Assembly (NCBI GenBank): GCA_019119635.1 | Contig: DWWP01000041.1 | Span: 19,772-83,771 of the forward strand | Source: Candidatus Dietzia intestinipullorum | Lineage (GTDB): Bacteria; Actinomycetota; Actinomycetes; Mycobacteriales; Mycobacteriaceae | Reading direction: 5' to 3' | Length of the DNA: 64,000 nucleotides | Shown: in pieces, positions 31,954-44,811 of the stretch | Layout: each line of letters opens with the position of its first letter | Position numbering within the stretch: the stretch's first letter is position 1 | Program-made: the position numbers and the translations under genes | The notes under the pieces: model-generated | Databases searched by the model: none | Told to the model about the DNA's origin: nothing | Seen by the model: only the letters and a program-made list of their open reading frames with translations

Positions 31954-32826
31954 TCACTCCCGACCCAGATCGCGGTGTCGGACGTGAACCTCGACCGCCT
32001 CCAGTCCGGTCAGCCTGGAGGCGAGCGACTCGGAGATCGCGACGCTCCGGTGCTTGCCCCCGGTGCAGCCGACGGCGATCGTCATGTACCTCTTGCCCTC
32101 CCTGCGGTAGCCGGTCATCGCCAACTCGATCATCGTGACCGCCGAACGCAGGTATTCCTCGATCGACGGGTCGGCGAGGACGTAGTCCTGCACCGGCTTC
32201 TCGCGTCCGGTGTGCCGCTGGAGCTCGGGGACCCAGTGTGGGTTGGGCAGGAACCGCATGTCGAGGAGCATGTCCACATCGACCGGGACGCCGTATTTGA
32301 AGCCGAAGGACTCCACCGTCAGGTGGAAGTCGAAGCCGGGGTCGCCGAACGGGGGCTCGAGGCGGTGCCGTAGATCGTGAACGCTCAGCGTGGTGGTGTC
32401 CACCACGACGTCGGCGCGGCCGCGGATCGGCTCGAGGACCCGGCGCTCCCGCTCGATGCCGTCGACCAGCCCGTCGCCCCTCTGGAGGGGGTGGGAACGA
32501 CGCACGTTGTTGAACCGCTTGACCAGGGACTCGTCGGAGGCCTCGAGGAAGAGGATCCGCGCGCGCGGCCTGCCGTCGAACCGCTCGAGCAACGACGTGA
32601 CGTGCCGGTCGAAACCGAGGCTGCGGACATCCACCACGATCGCCAGCCTCCGCGGCTCGGAGTCGGTCCCCTCGATGCGGTCGAGGAACTCGAGGACGAA
32701 GGTGAGGGGCAGGTTGTCCACGACATACCAGCCGAACTCCTCGAGGACCTTCGAGGCCGTCCCCTTCCCCGCTCCGGACATACCGCTGACGAGGAGCAGT
32801 TCTGGTCCGTCACCGTGTTCGTCCAC
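31954..32826 (-). CDS. rapZ: RNase adapter protein RapZ (P-loop NTPase)
   Basis: Walker A is SGMSGAGKGT, and the C-terminal motif is GCTGGKHRSV. Confidence 0.9.
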   Translation of the reverse strand: MDEHGDGPELLLVSGMSGAGKGTASKVLEEFGWYVVDNLPLTFVLEFLDRIEGTDSEPRRLAIVVDVRSLGFDRHVTSLLERFDGRPRARILFLEASDESLVKRFNNVRRSHPLQRGDGLVDGIERERRVLEPIRGRADVVVDTTTLSVHDLRHRLEPPFGDPGFDFHLTVESFGFKYGVPVDVDMLLDMRFLPNPHWVPELQRHTGREKPVQDYVLADPSIEEYLRSAVTMIELAMTGYRREGKRYMTIAVGCTGGKHRSVAISESLASRLTGLEAVEVHVRHRDLGRE

Positions 32827-32830
32827 CGTG

Positions 32831-34924
32831 TCACCTCGAGTCGTTCATCGGTCCGTCCTGCTGCGCGGCCGAGTCTTCCACGTCCGCGCCGGACGTGTCG
32901 GCGCCCGGCGTGTCGCTCGTGTCCGGCGCGCGCGGGGCCGGCCCCAGCGCGGTGCGGATGGCCTCCGCGACGCCGGGCCCGATCCCCGGGACCTCGCAGA
33001 GTTGCTCCACACTCGCCGCGCGGAGCGAGGACACCGTGTGGAACTTCTCCAGCAGGGCCGCACGCCGGGCCGGGCCGAGGCCGGGGACGTCGTCGAGCAC
33101 CGAACTGGTCATGCGCTTCGACCGGGCCCCGCGGTGCGCGCGGATCGCGAACCGGTGGGCCTCGTCGCGGAGGCGTTGGAGCAGGAACAGGCCCTCGCCG
33201 TGGCGGGGGAAGATCACCGGGTACTCCTCGCCGGGGAGCCAGATCTCCTCGAGTCGTTTGGCGATCCCGACCACGGGGACGTCGTTGACGCCCAGTTCCA
33301 CGAGCACCTCGGCCGCGGCCTCGACCTGGGGGCGGCCGCCGTCCACCACGAAGAGCTGCGGGGGGTACGCGAACCGCCGACCCGGGGCGGCCGCCGGTGC
33401 GGAATCGGTCTCGTCGTCCACGGGTCCGTCCGTGTCGTCGGGCGTGACGGCGGGGGCCTCGTGGTGCCGCCGGAAGCGGCGGCGGGTGACCTCGGCGATG
33501 CTCGCGACGTCGTCGGAGTGGCCGTCGCCGGCGGCGTCGCGGATCCGGTAGAGGCGGTAGTCGCTCTTGCGCGCGATGCCGTCTTCGAACACGACGAGTG
33601 AGGCCATGACGTCCGTGCCCTGCGTGTGGGAGATGTCCACGCACTCGATGCGCAGCGGTGCCGAGTCGAGTTCGAGGGTCTCCTGGATCTCCTGCAGCGC
33701 CGCCGATCTGGCGGTGAGGTCCCCGCTACGACGGAGCTTGTGCTGGGTCAACGCCTCCACGGCGTTGCGGTGGACGGTCTCGGCGAGCGAGCGCTTGTCG
33801 CCGCGTTGCGGGACCCGGAGGGACACCCGTGATCCGCGCAGGGCGGAGAGCCAGTCGGCCAGCTCGGTCGAGTCCTCCGGTAGTGCCGGCACGAGGACCT
33901 CCCGGGGGACCGCGGCGGCCAGATCGGTGCCCTCGTCGGACGCTCCGGCGAGCTCCGCCTCCCCGCCATAGAACTGGGCGAGGTAGTCCGACACGACGCC
34001 GGGGACGGCGAGCGCCGGATCGAAGCGACCGTCCGCCCCCACGCCGTGCGCGTGCTCCACCACCCAGCCCCGCTGCCCGCGGATCCGTCCGCCCCGGACG
34101 TGGAACACCTGAACGGACACCTCGAGCTCGTCGGCCTCCACGCCCACGACGTCGGCGTCGGTCCCGTCGCCCAGGACTACCGCCTGCTTCTCCATGGCGC
34201 GGCGCATCGCGCCCAGATCGTCACGGAGGCGGGCGGCCCGTTCGAAGTCGAGGTCCTCGGACGCCGAGATCATCTGCTTCTCGATCCGCCGCATGATGGC
34301 GTCGGTCCGCCCGGCGAGGAAATCGCAGAGCTCGTCGACGATCACCCGGTGCTCGTCCGGTGTGACACGGCCGATACACGGCGCGGCGCACTTGTCGATG
34401 TAGCCGAGGAGACACGGCCGCCCGAGTTGGGCCTGCCGCTTGTAGACGCCCGCGGAGCACGACCGGACGGGGAAGACGCGCTGCAACGTGTCGAGAGTGT
34501 CCCGGATCGCCCACGCGTGTGAGTACGGGCCGAAATAGCGGGTCCCCCGGCGGCGGGGGCCGCGGTAGACGAAGGCCCGGGGGATCTCCTCCCCCACGGT
34601 GACCGCCAGGAGTGGGTAGGTCTTGTCGTCGCGGTACCGGACGTTGAACCGCGGATCGTATTTCTTGATCCACGTGTACTCCAGCTGCAGTGCCTCGACC
34701 TCCGTCGAGACGACGGTCCACTGCACACCGGCGGCCGAGGTCACCATCTGGCGCGTGCGCGGGTGCAGGAGCGTCAGATCGGCGAAGTACGAGCCGAGTC
34801 GGCTGCGGAGGTTCTTGGCCTTGCCCACATAGATGACGCGCCCGTGCTCGTCACGGAAACGGTAGACGCCCGGGTCCGTCGGGATGGTGCCGGGCGCCGG
34901 CCGGTAGGTGCGCGGATCGGCCAC
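32831..34924 (-). CDS. uvrC: Excinuclease ABC subunit C
   Basis: The GIY-YIG motif is [28 protein letters not shown], RNase-H-like and C-terminal (HhH)2 regions are present. The product is 697 aa. Confidence 0.95.
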   Translation of the reverse strand: MADPRTYRPAPGTIPTDPGVYRFRDEHGRVIYVGKAKNLRSRLGSYFADLTLLHPRTRQMVTSAAGVQWTVVSTEVEALQLEYTWIKKYDPRFNVRYRDDKTYPLLAVTVGEEIPRAFVYRGPRRRGTRYFGPYSHAWAIRDTLDTLQRVFPVRSCSAGVYKRQAQLGRPCLLGYIDKCAAPCIGRVTPDEHRVIVDELCDFLAGRTDAIMRRIEKQMISASEDLDFERAARLRDDLGAMRRAMEKQAVVLGDGTDADVVGVEADELEVSVQVFHVRGGRIRGQRGWVVEHAHGVGADGRFDPALAVPGVVSDYLAQFYGGEAELAGASDEGTDLAAAVPREVLVPALPEDSTELADWLSALRGSRVSLRVPQRGDKRSLAETVHRNAVEALTQHKLRRSGDLTARSAALQEIQETLELDSAPLRIECVDISHTQGTDVMASLVVFEDGIARKSDYRLYRIRDAAGDGHSDDVASIAEVTRRRFRRHHEAPAVTPDDTDGPVDDETDSAPAAAPGRRFAYPPQLFVVDGGRPQVEAAAEVLVELGVNDVPVVGIAKRLEEIWLPGEEYPVIFPRHGEGLFLLQRLRDEAHRFAIRAHRGARSKRMTSSVLDDVPGLGPARRAALLEKFHTVSSLRAASVEQLCEVPGIGPGVAEAIRTALGPAPRAPDTSDTPGADTSGADVEDSAAQQDGPMNDSR

Positions 34925-34930
34925 GGCGGA

Positions 34931-37175
<2,245 letters not shown>

Positions 37176-37250
37176 TGCTCGGGGTTCTCCTCGATCTCTC
37201 CTCGCCCGGGCGTCGGCCGCGGGCACACCGCCCAAGTATGGCGCATCCGG

Positions 37251-37874
37251 TCAGGCGGGCCGGTCACCGCGTCCGTCGATGAGACGCTCGACGTACTTGG
37301 CCAGTACGTCCACCTCGAGATTGACCGGATCGCCGGGCGTGAGACCACCGAGAGTGGTCGCATCGAGCGTGGTGGGGATCAGCGAGACCTCGAACCACGG
37401 TTCCGGGTGGTCGACCGGGCTCACCGCGGACACGGTCAGTGAGGTGCCGGAGACGGTGATCGACCCCTTCTCCACGACGTACCGCCCCAGGTCGTCCGGG
37501 AGCGAGATCCGCACCACGTGCCATTTCTCGTGTTCCGTGCGGTCGAGCACGATGCCGGTCCCGTCGACGTGGCCCTGGACGATGTGCCCACCGAAGCGGG
37601 CGTCGGCCCGCATCGCCCGCTCGAGGTTCACCGGGTCGCCGGGCCCGAGTGCGCCGAGCGCGGAGCGGTCGAGGGTCTCGGCCATGACGTCGGTGTCGAA
37701 GTACTCCCCCACCACGAATCCGGTGACGGTGAGGCACACGCCGTTGACCGCGATCGAGTCCCCGTGCCCGACGTCCGCGGTGACCACGGCGCCACGAAAC
37801 CGTATCCGTGCAGAATCCCCGTGGCTCTCGATCGACTCGAGGGCTCCGAGCTCCTCGACGATTCCCGTGAACAT
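37251..37874 (-). CDS. ribE: Riboflavin synthase (alpha chain)
   Basis: It begins MFTGIVEELG and has a duplicated lumazine-binding repeat. The ATG shares one base with the ribD stop (TGATG). Confidence 0.93.
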   Translation of the reverse strand: MFTGIVEELGALESIESHGDSARIRFRGAVVTADVGHGDSIAVNGVCLTVTGFVVGEYFDTDVMAETLDRSALGALGPGDPVNLERAMRADARFGGHIVQGHVDGTGIVLDRTEHEKWHVVRISLPDDLGRYVVEKGSITVSGTSLTVSAVSPVDHPEPWFEVSLIPTTLDATTLGGLTPGDPVNLEVDVLAKYVERLIDGRGDRPA

Positions 37875-38944
37875 CAGTGTTGTCCTCTCGTGGGCGGATG
37901 GTGTGCGGTCAGACGGAGATGCAGGTCCGCGCCGAGTCGCGTGGTCTCCCGGATCTCGAAGCCGTGTGCGGCCGCGAGAGTGTCCACCCCGGCGCCGGAG
38001 ACGGCGGCGCGACCGTCACCGACGACGAGCGGTGCGAGGTAGGCGTCCACCTCGTCGACGAGGCCGGCCGCGAGGAACGCGCCGGCCAGGCGGGGCCCGC
38101 CCTCGATCACGACGTGATTGACGTCCCCGAGCCCGGCGAGCGCCCCGGCCGGGTCGCGCGTGGCGAGGTGTCGGAACCTGCCGTCGGTCCCCCGCACCGC
38201 CGCGCCCGCGGGCACCGCGGTCAGTCCCATCACCGCGCGGAGGGGCTGGCGGGGCGCCGGAGATCCGTCGTCGAGCCGAGCGGTCAACGACGGGTCGTCG
38301 GCGGCCGCGGTGCCGCTGCCGACGACGACGACGTCGACTTCCTGCCGCCGGGCGTGGACGTGTCGACGCGCCTGCTCACCGGTGATCCACCGACTGGTGC
38401 CGTCCGCCGCGGTGACCCGTCCGTCGAGGGTGGCGGCGTACTTCCAGGTGACCAGGGGGCGCCCGGCGCGCACGCGGTGCCTCCACGCCCGTAGTGGCCC
38501 GTCCGCGACGGCGACGATCTCGTCGTCGTCGGCCGTGACCACGTCGATACCCGCCCGGCGCAGGGTCTCGGCTCCGCCGGCGGCGTCCGGGGTGGTGTCC
38601 CCGAGCGCGTACACGACGCGGGACACCCCGGCCGCCCGCGCGCGTTCGGTGCACGGGCCCGTCCGACCGTGGTGGTCGCACGGCTCCAGCGTCACCACGA
38701 GCGTCCCGCCCCGGGCCCTGTCGCCCGCCGCGTCGAGCGCGACCGCCTCGGCGTGACGGCCGCCCGCGGGCTCGGTGGCACCGCGACCGACGATATCCCC
38801 GGCCGGGTCGAGCACGATCGCGCCCACCGGCGGGTTGGGGGTCGACGCCCCGAGCGCGCCGCGGGACACCTCGACTGCCAGTGCCAGGGCGGATCGCTCC
38901 CGCTGCCGGATCGCGCCTCCCGCCCCTCTGCCGACTCCGGTCAC
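37874..38944 (-). CDS. ribD: Bifunctional diaminohydroxyphosphoribosylaminopyrimidine deaminase / 5-amino-6-(5-phosphoribosylamino)uracil reductase
   Basis: The start was trimmed from 39388 to GTG 38944, which overlaps the rpe stop (GTGA). The deaminase zinc motifs are HAEAVAL and TLEPCDHHGRTGPC. The product is 356 aa. Confidence 0.9.
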   Translation of the reverse strand: MTGVGRGAGGAIRQRERSALALAVEVSRGALGASTPNPPVGAIVLDPAGDIVGRGATEPAGGRHAEAVALDAAGDRARGGTLVVTLEPCDHHGRTGPCTERARAAGVSRVVYALGDTTPDAAGGAETLRRAGIDVVTADDDEIVAVADGPLRAWRHRVRAGRPLVTWKYAATLDGRVTAADGTSRWITGEQARRHVHARRQEVDVVVVGSGTAAADDPSLTARLDDGSPAPRQPLRAVMGLTAVPAGAAVRGTDGRFRHLATRDPAGALAGLGDVNHVVIEGGPRLAGAFLAAGLVDEVDAYLAPLVVGDGRAAVSGAGVDTLAAAHGFEIRETTRLGADLHLRLTAHHPPTRGQH

Positions 38945-39609
38945 GCGCGGGCGTCCCGGGCCCCGGCACGCAGGGTCTCGATCATCGCGTCGGGGTCCGG
39001 CGCGCCGTACACGGCCGATCCGGCGACGAAGACGTCGCACCCGGCGGCCGCGGACTCCCCGATCGTGCGGGCATCGATACCCCCGTCGATCTGGATGAGG
39101 ACGTCGAGCCGGCGGCGGTCGATCTCCTCCCGGAGCGTGCGCACCTTGTCGAGCACCTCCGGCATGAACGACTGGCCGCCGAAGCCGGGCTCGACACTCA
39201 TGACCAGGACCAGGTCGACGTGCTCGAGCAGATCCAGGTAGGGCTCGACGGCCGTCCCGGGCTTGACCGAGATGCCCGCCCGGCAGCCCTTCGCGTGCAG
39301 CAGGTCGGCCACGGCCCTCGGGTCCTCGGCGGCTTCCACGTGAAAGGTCACGTTGAACGCGCCCGCGTCCGCGTAGTCCCCCGCCCACCGGACGGGGTCC
39401 TCGATCATCAGGTGGCAGTCCATCGGTTTGTCCGTGACCCTGCCGACCGCCGCCGCGACGGGCGCGCCGATGGTCAGGTTGGGGACGAAGTGCCCGTCCA
39501 TCACGTCGACGTGGATCCAGTCGGCGGCGGGGATCCGATCGATCTCACGGTCGAGGCGGGCGAAGTCGGCGGACAGGATCGACGGCGCGATGAGCGGCTG
39601 GTACGGCAT
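38941..39609 (-). CDS. rpe: Ribulose-phosphate 3-epimerase
   Basis: Motifs are APSILSADFARL, HVDVMDGHFVPN and VMSVEPGFGGQ. Confidence 0.95.
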   Translation of the reverse strand: MPYQPLIAPSILSADFARLDREIDRIPAADWIHVDVMDGHFVPNLTIGAPVAAAVGRVTDKPMDCHLMIEDPVRWAGDYADAGAFNVTFHVEAAEDPRAVADLLHAKGCRAGISVKPGTAVEPYLDLLEHVDLVLVMSVEPGFGGQSFMPEVLDKVRTLREEIDRRRLDVLIQIDGGIDARTIGESAAAGCDVFVAGSAVYGAPDPDAMIETLRAGARDARA

Positions 39610-39618
39610 GGGGCCAGT

Positions 39619-41121
39619 CTAGGCGGGGGCGTCCGAGCGGCGCCGTAGCGCTGCCATGAACATCGCGTCCGTGCCGTGTCGGTGCGGCCAGAGCTGTACC
39701 CACGGCCCCTCGCCCGCGTCCGTGAGCTCCGGGAGCGACTCGCGGATGTCGACGAGCTCGACGTCCGCACGCCGGGACGCTTCTCGGACCACCGAGACGG
39801 TCTCGGAAAGGTGCGGCGAACAGGTCGCGTACACCGTCACGCCGCCGGGACGGAGCAACCGTAGCGCCGACTCGAGCAGCTCCCGCTGGAGGGCGGCCAG
39901 GGGGTGGATGTCCGCCGCGGTCTTGCGCCACCGCGCCTCCGGCCGCCGGCGCAGTGCGCCGAGCCCCGAGCAGGGGGCGTCGAGGAGGATGCGGTCGAAC
40001 CCGGGCTCCAGTTCCGGGGCGCGTCCGTCCCTCGTGTGGACCTCCACCGGCAGGTCGCGGGTCGCCTGACGCACGAGGTCGGCCCGGTGGGGGGAGATCT
40101 CGACGCCGGTCACGGCGGCTCCCTCGATCTCCGCGAGCGCCCCCAGCATCACCGCCTTGCCCCCGGGGCCCGCGCACAGGTCGAGCCAGCGGCCGGAGTC
40201 GGGCCCGTCGAGGGGGGCCCGGGCGGCGGCGAGGGCGACCAGTTGGCTGCCCTCGTCCTGCACCACCGCCAGTCCGTCCCGCACCGCGTCGAGCGTGCCC
40301 GGGTCGCCGGAATCGAGATGCACCGCGTAGGGCGAGAGTCCCCCCTCTCTGCCACCGGTGACCAGTGCGAGTTCCTCGGCGGAGATCGCGCCGGGGCGCG
40401 CGGCGAGGTGGACCTTCGGCCGGGCGTCGTCCGCCGCGAGGAGGTCCGGCAGTCGGGCCGCGTCGGCGCCGAGGGCCTCGGCGAAGGCCCGGGCGATCCA
40501 CTCGGGATGCGCGGTCCCCACCGCGAGCCGTGCCACCGGGTCGGTGACGCCCTCCCGGAGCGCGTCGAGCCAGTCCGGCCGGTCCCTGGCAGCGACCTTG
40601 CGGAGTACGGCGTTGACAAAGGCGCCCGCCCGCCCGAGGCCGGCCGTGCGCGCGGCCTCCACGCTCGTGTCGACGGCGGCGTGCGCACCGATCCGGGTGA
40701 ACAGCAGTTGGTAGGCGCCGAGGCGGACCACGTCCAGGACGGGCGCGTCGATCTCCCCGACCGGCCGGGACGCGGCGAGTTCGACGATCCGGTCCAGCAG
40801 CCCCTGGGCGCGCAACGTCCCGTAGGTCAGCTCGGTGGCCAAGGCCGCGTCGCGCGAGTCGAGCCCGGCCTTCCGTAGCTCGGCCGGTAGGGCGAGGTTG
40901 GCATAGGCGGCGCGTTCGCGGACCGCGGCCAGTACGGTCAGCGCGACGGCGCGGGCGTCCGGGGCCCGCCGCCGTCCCGCGGGCGCCTGCTGGCCGTGGC
41001 GCTGCTGTGGCCGGCGCTTCTGCGGGTGACGGTTGCTCCCCCCGGGCCGCCCGTGCGTCTGGTCCGGGCGGCGCCGGCGACGGTCGTCACCACGCCCGGC
41101 CCCCCGCGGCTCCCCGCTCAT
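39619..41121 (-). CDS. rsmB: 16S rRNA (cytosine-C5)-methyltransferase RsmB/Fmu with Arg-rich N-terminal extension
   Basis: It has a NusB-like N-domain, the SAM motif DLCAGPGGK and the catalytic YATCS. ATG 41121 overlaps the fmt stop (ATGA). Confidence 0.9.
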   Translation of the reverse strand: MSGEPRGAGRGDDRRRRRPDQTHGRPGGSNRHPQKRRPQQRHGQQAPAGRRRAPDARAVALTVLAAVRERAAYANLALPAELRKAGLDSRDAALATELTYGTLRAQGLLDRIVELAASRPVGEIDAPVLDVVRLGAYQLLFTRIGAHAAVDTSVEAARTAGLGRAGAFVNAVLRKVAARDRPDWLDALREGVTDPVARLAVGTAHPEWIARAFAEALGADAARLPDLLAADDARPKVHLAARPGAISAEELALVTGGREGGLSPYAVHLDSGDPGTLDAVRDGLAVVQDEGSQLVALAAARAPLDGPDSGRWLDLCAGPGGKAVMLGALAEIEGAAVTGVEISPHRADLVRQATRDLPVEVHTRDGRAPELEPGFDRILLDAPCSGLGALRRRPEARWRKTAADIHPLAALQRELLESALRLLRPGGVTVYATCSPHLSETVSVVREASRRADVELVDIRESLPELTDAGEGPWVQLWPHRHGTDAMFMAALRRRSDAPA

Positions 41122-42050
41122 TCGAACTCCGCCCCGTCGGCCAGTCGTGCCCCTCGCACCCAGTCGAGCGCGTTCATCATCTTCTTGCCCGGTGGCTGGA
41201 GCGTCTCCACCACGACGGCGTCGGTCGCAGTGCCCACCCGGACCGCGTGCTTGTCCCAGGCGAGGACGCCCGGGGCCGGCCGTGGTCCGTCGTGCTCGTC
41301 GGTGCGGACGGTCCCGATCTTGACCCGCTCACCGCCGAGTGTGGTCCAGGCCCCCGGGTCGGGCGTCACGGAGCGGATGTGTCGATCCACGGCGAGGGCG
41401 GGGTCGGTCCAGCGCACCCGCGCGTCGGCCGCAGTGATCTTGCCGGCGTGGGACACGCCCTCGGTCGGCTGCGGTACCGCGACCATCTCGCCGGTCTGCA
41501 GCCCGTCGAGAGTGGCGCTCAGGAGCCCTGCCCCGGACTCGGCCAGTCTTCCCAGGAGGTCCCCGGCGGTGTCCCGGGCCCGGACCGTCTCGGTCATCGT
41601 GCCGAGCACCGGTCCGGTGTCCATGCCCTCGTCCAGCAGGAACGTGGTGGCGCCGGTCACCTCGTCACCGGCGGCGATCGCCGCGTTGACGGGCGCCGCG
41701 CCACGCCACGCCGGGAGGAGCGAGAAGTGCAGGTTGATCCAGCCGTGGCGCGGGATGTCCAGAACGTATCGCGGCACCAGGTGGCCGTACGCCACCACCG
41801 GGACCGCGTCCGGGGCGAGGGCGCGCAGCCGGTCAGCGAACTCCTCGTCGCGGGCGTTCGGCGGGGTGAGGACCTCGATCCCTGCCTCGTCGGCGACCGC
41901 CGCGACGGGGCTGCGCCTCAGCGTCCGGCCCCGGCCCGTCCGGGCGTCGGGGCGGGAGACCACGGCCACCACCTCGTGTCGCTCGCTCGCGAGCAGTGCC
42001 CGGAGGGACGGGATGGCGACCTCGGGGGTTCCGGCGAAGACGAGGCGCAC
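41118..42050 (-). CDS. fmt: Methionyl-tRNA formyltransferase
   Basis: It begins (V)RLVFAGTPE and carries [20 protein letters not shown]. It starts with GTG. Confidence 0.95.
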   Translation of the reverse strand: MRLVFAGTPEVAIPSLRALLASERHEVVAVVSRPDARTGRGRTLRRSPVAAVADEAGIEVLTPPNARDEEFADRLRALAPDAVPVVAYGHLVPRYVLDIPRHGWINLHFSLLPAWRGAAPVNAAIAAGDEVTGATTFLLDEGMDTGPVLGTMTETVRARDTAGDLLGRLAESGAGLLSATLDGLQTGEMVAVPQPTEGVSHAGKITAADARVRWTDPALAVDRHIRSVTPDPGAWTTLGGERVKIGTVRTDEHDGPRPAPGVLAWDKHAVRVGTATDAVVVETLQPPGKKMMNALDWVRGARLADGAEFE

Positions 42051-42053
42051 CGC

Positions 42054-42608
42054 TCAGTTCACCGCCATCGCGTCGGCGAGCTGGTCGTAGACCACGCCAC
42101 CGCTGATCGCCGCGCTGCCGAACCAGTCCGAGGCCCGGATCGCCGCCATCGCGTCCCGGCGGCGGTCCTGGGACAGTCGCTGGAGGAACAGCACCCCGTC
42201 CACGTGGTCCGTCTCGTGCTGGATCGCCCGGGCCAGGATCCCCTCGGCCTCGAATGCCACCGGCTCGCCGTGGAGATCGACGCCGCGGGCCGCGACCCGG
42301 GCCCACCTCTCGGTGGGTTGGCTGACGCCGGGGATCGACAGGCACCCCTCGTCGATTCGGGTCGTCTCGGTACCGATCGGTTCCCATTCGGGATTGACCA
42401 GGTGCCCGGAACGCCCGCCACAGTCGTAGACGAACACCCGGGACGAGATGCCGATCTGGGGCGCCGCGAGGCCGGCGCCGTCCGCGTGCCGGACGGTGTC
42501 CGTCAGATCGTCGACGACCCGTGCCAGTCGTTCGTCGAACGACGTGACGGGATCGGCGGCGGTCCTGAGGACGGGGTCGCCGAAGAGCCGGACGGGTAGA
42601 ACGGCCAT
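42054..42608 (-). CDS. def: Peptide deformylase
   Basis: The start was trimmed to ATG 42608 (GAGGAGG 10 nt upstream), giving 184 aa. Motifs are GLAAPQIG, EGCLSIPG and QHETDHVDG. Confidence 0.93.
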   Translation of the reverse strand: MAVLPVRLFGDPVLRTAADPVTSFDERLARVVDDLTDTVRHADGAGLAAPQIGISSRVFVYDCGGRSGHLVNPEWEPIGTETTRIDEGCLSIPGVSQPTERWARVAARGVDLHGEPVAFEAEGILARAIQHETDHVDGVLFLQRLSQDRRRDAMAAIRASDWFGSAAISGGVVYDQLADAMAVN

Positions 42609-42719
42609 GCGGATCGGCCTCCTCGGTGCTGGAAGGGTGCTGAACCGGGCATGCCCGGTGCGGTGGTCGTGATCCGCCATTGTATGTGCGGACGGGGCGG
42701 GGGCCCACAGACGGGAGCC

Positions 42720-44774
42720 TCAGCCGATGTGGACCGGGTCGAGGCGGACCCGCAGGGGCGCGGTGTGCCGACGGCCCGACCGTCCGACGACCATCGCGCG
42801 AAGCTCGGTGGCGACGTGGTCGAGAAGCGGGGGCGGGACCCGCAACAGCACCCGCTCCGGGTCCTCGACCGACTCGTGCGACGGGAGCTCCTCCCCCGCC
42901 GGCAGGTCCACGGGCCCGAGTAGCTCCACTCCCTCCGGGAGCGGGAGGTCCACGATCACGTCGGCGAGCGCCTCGGCCGGCCCGTCCACCGCGACCAGGT
43001 GCACCGCCGGCGGGAAGCCCACCTCGGCACGATCCGCGAGTTCGCGGACAGCCCACCCCTGCGGGTCCCATCGCACGAGTGCCTGGGACACCGGCAGTTC
43101 CGAGTCCGCGGACAGGAACACGCGGCCACCGGCCGATGCCGTCCGCACCAGCGAGGCGGCGCCGAGCCAGAGCCGGAGTGCGTCCTGGACGGCCCGCAGA
43201 TCCGGCCTGCCCAGGAGAGCCCAGGAGTCGAGCAGCAGCGCCGCACCGTATCCGCCCTCGGCGACGGGCTCGGCCCCGGGTGTGGAGACGACGATCGCGG
43301 GCTCGGCCGGGACGGACTCCAGGATCTCCCCACCGCCGCTGGTACGCACCCGGACACCGGGGAACATCCGCCCCAGTTCCTCCGCCGTGCGCCCGGCGCC
43401 CACGACGCCCGCACGTAGAGCGCGGGAACCGCAGGCCACACACCGGAACCCCGTCTCCGGTGCCCCGCACCACCCGCACGCCAGCTCGACGGGCCCGTAC
43501 ACCGCGTCCATGCGACCGGCGCGGATCGGACCGTGGCATCTCCGGCAGCGTGCCGGCGTGCGACACGAGCCGCACAGCAGCGTGGGGATGTAGCCCTTGC
43601 GCGGCACCTGCACGAGCACGGGGGCGTCGACATCGATCGCCTCGCGGGCCATCGCCGTGGCCACCGCCGGCAGGCGGGTCCGCCCCCCGGCCACGTCCCG
43701 GGCCTGACCGGGGTCCAGGTCGGTCGTCGCCACCACTCGTGGCGCCAGAGACCGGACGAGCCCAGGCTCGGGCCGGATCTCGTGCGCCCAGCCCGCCCGG
43801 ACCAACTCGGCGATCTCGGGCGTCCGGTCGACCGACGTGAGCAGGAGCGGGGTGCCGTCGAGCGACGACCGCAGCGTCGCGACATCCCGCGTGTGGGGGT
43901 ACGGGGCGCGGGGCTCCACGAAGGAGTCGTCCCCGTCGTCATGGAGGATCATCAGGCCAGGCTCCGGCAGCGGCGTGAAGACCGCGCTGCGGGTGCCCAC
44001 GACGATCCGCGCGTGACCGCGCACGGCGCGGAGCCACCGTCGGTACCGCGCGGACGGACCCACCCCCGCCGACAGGTCCGCGACGAGGTCCCGGCCCGCG
44101 ACCCCTCCCCCCACGATCTCGCGACACGCGGCGGTCAGGCGGTCGACGTCGCGTTGATCGGGCACCACCACCAGCACCTGCAGCCCCCGCCGTCGGATCG
44201 TGTCCGCCAGCGCAGCGAGCGCCGAGGCCCAGTCACGACCGGGCGGCGCCGTCCACACAGCGCGGGCGGGGAGCCCGCCGGTGACGGCCTCGAGGAAGCG
44301 GGCGACCATCGGGTGGTCCGACCACCCCACCGGTAGCTCGACCGGGCCCGGGAGGGCCCCCGGCCCCGGCGCGGCCTCGGGGACCGTCTTCTCCGCCGTG
44401 GCGTGCCGGGGCGGGATCGCCAGGCGCAGCACGTCCGACCGCATCCCCACCCACCGGCGTGCGACGTGTTCGACGAGCCGGAGCAGGTCCGGGGTCAGCA
44501 CGGGTTCGGGAGAGATCACCCTCTCCAGCCAGGCGAGCTCGCCGCGGTGGCCCGACTCGGCAGCCCTCTCGAGGAGGAAGGCGTCGACCAGCCGACCGGC
44601 GAACCGGACCCGGACCCGGGTGCCGGGGAGCGCCTCGGCGGACAACGACTCGGGGACCAGGTAATCGAACTCACGGTCCAGGTGGGGCACCCCGAGTAGC
44701 GGGAGCACCCGGGCCACCGGCGCGTCCGTCGCCGGGACCCGGGCGGCGGAGCGCGTCGTGGTCACGTCCCGCAT
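42720..44774 (-). CDS. priA: Primosomal protein N' (PriA) homolog lacking a canonical Walker A motif
   Basis: The N-terminal 3'-DNA-binding region reads LDREFDYLVPE...RVRVRFAGR, and the Cys-rich zinc region reads CGSCRTPARCRRCHGP...CGWCGAPETGFRCVACGS. ATG 44774 has GGGGGTG 6 nt upstream, and ATG 44795 is an alternative start. Confidence 0.85.
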   Translation of the reverse strand: MRDVTTTRSAARVPATDAPVARVLPLLGVPHLDREFDYLVPESLSAEALPGTRVRVRFAGRLVDAFLLERAAESGHRGELAWLERVISPEPVLTPDLLRLVEHVARRWVGMRSDVLRLAIPPRHATAEKTVPEAAPGPGALPGPVELPVGWSDHPMVARFLEAVTGGLPARAVWTAPPGRDWASALAALADTIRRRGLQVLVVVPDQRDVDRLTAACREIVGGGVAGRDLVADLSAGVGPSARYRRWLRAVRGHARIVVGTRSAVFTPLPEPGLMILHDDGDDSFVEPRAPYPHTRDVATLRSSLDGTPLLLTSVDRTPEIAELVRAGWAHEIRPEPGLVRSLAPRVVATTDLDPGQARDVAGGRTRLPAVATAMAREAIDVDAPVLVQVPRKGYIPTLLCGSCRTPARCRRCHGPIRAGRMDAVYGPVELACGWCGAPETGFRCVACGSRALRAGVVGAGRTAEELGRMFPGVRVRTSGGGEILESVPAEPAIVVSTPGAEPVAEGGYGAALLLDSWALLGRPDLRAVQDALRLWLGAASLVRTASAGGRVFLSADSELPVSQALVRWDPQGWAVRELADRAEVGFPPAVHLVAVDGPAEALADVIVDLPLPEGVELLGPVDLPAGEELPSHESVEDPERVLLRVPPPLLDHVATELRAMVVGRSGRRHTAPLRVRLDPVHIG

Positions 44775-44811
44775 CGTCGCACCCCCGTCTGACATCGCGG
44801 GGGTGGGTGCG

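Noticed and set aside
41833-43840. A 580-aa minus-strand ORF (41833..43575) and a 386-aa plus-strand ORF (42680..43840) across fmt, def and priA.
   Set aside because: Both give extremely Arg/Pro/Gly-rich products. They are out of frame or antisense relative to def and priA, which carry diagnostic motifs (EGCLSIPG/HETDH and the zinc-finger cysteines).
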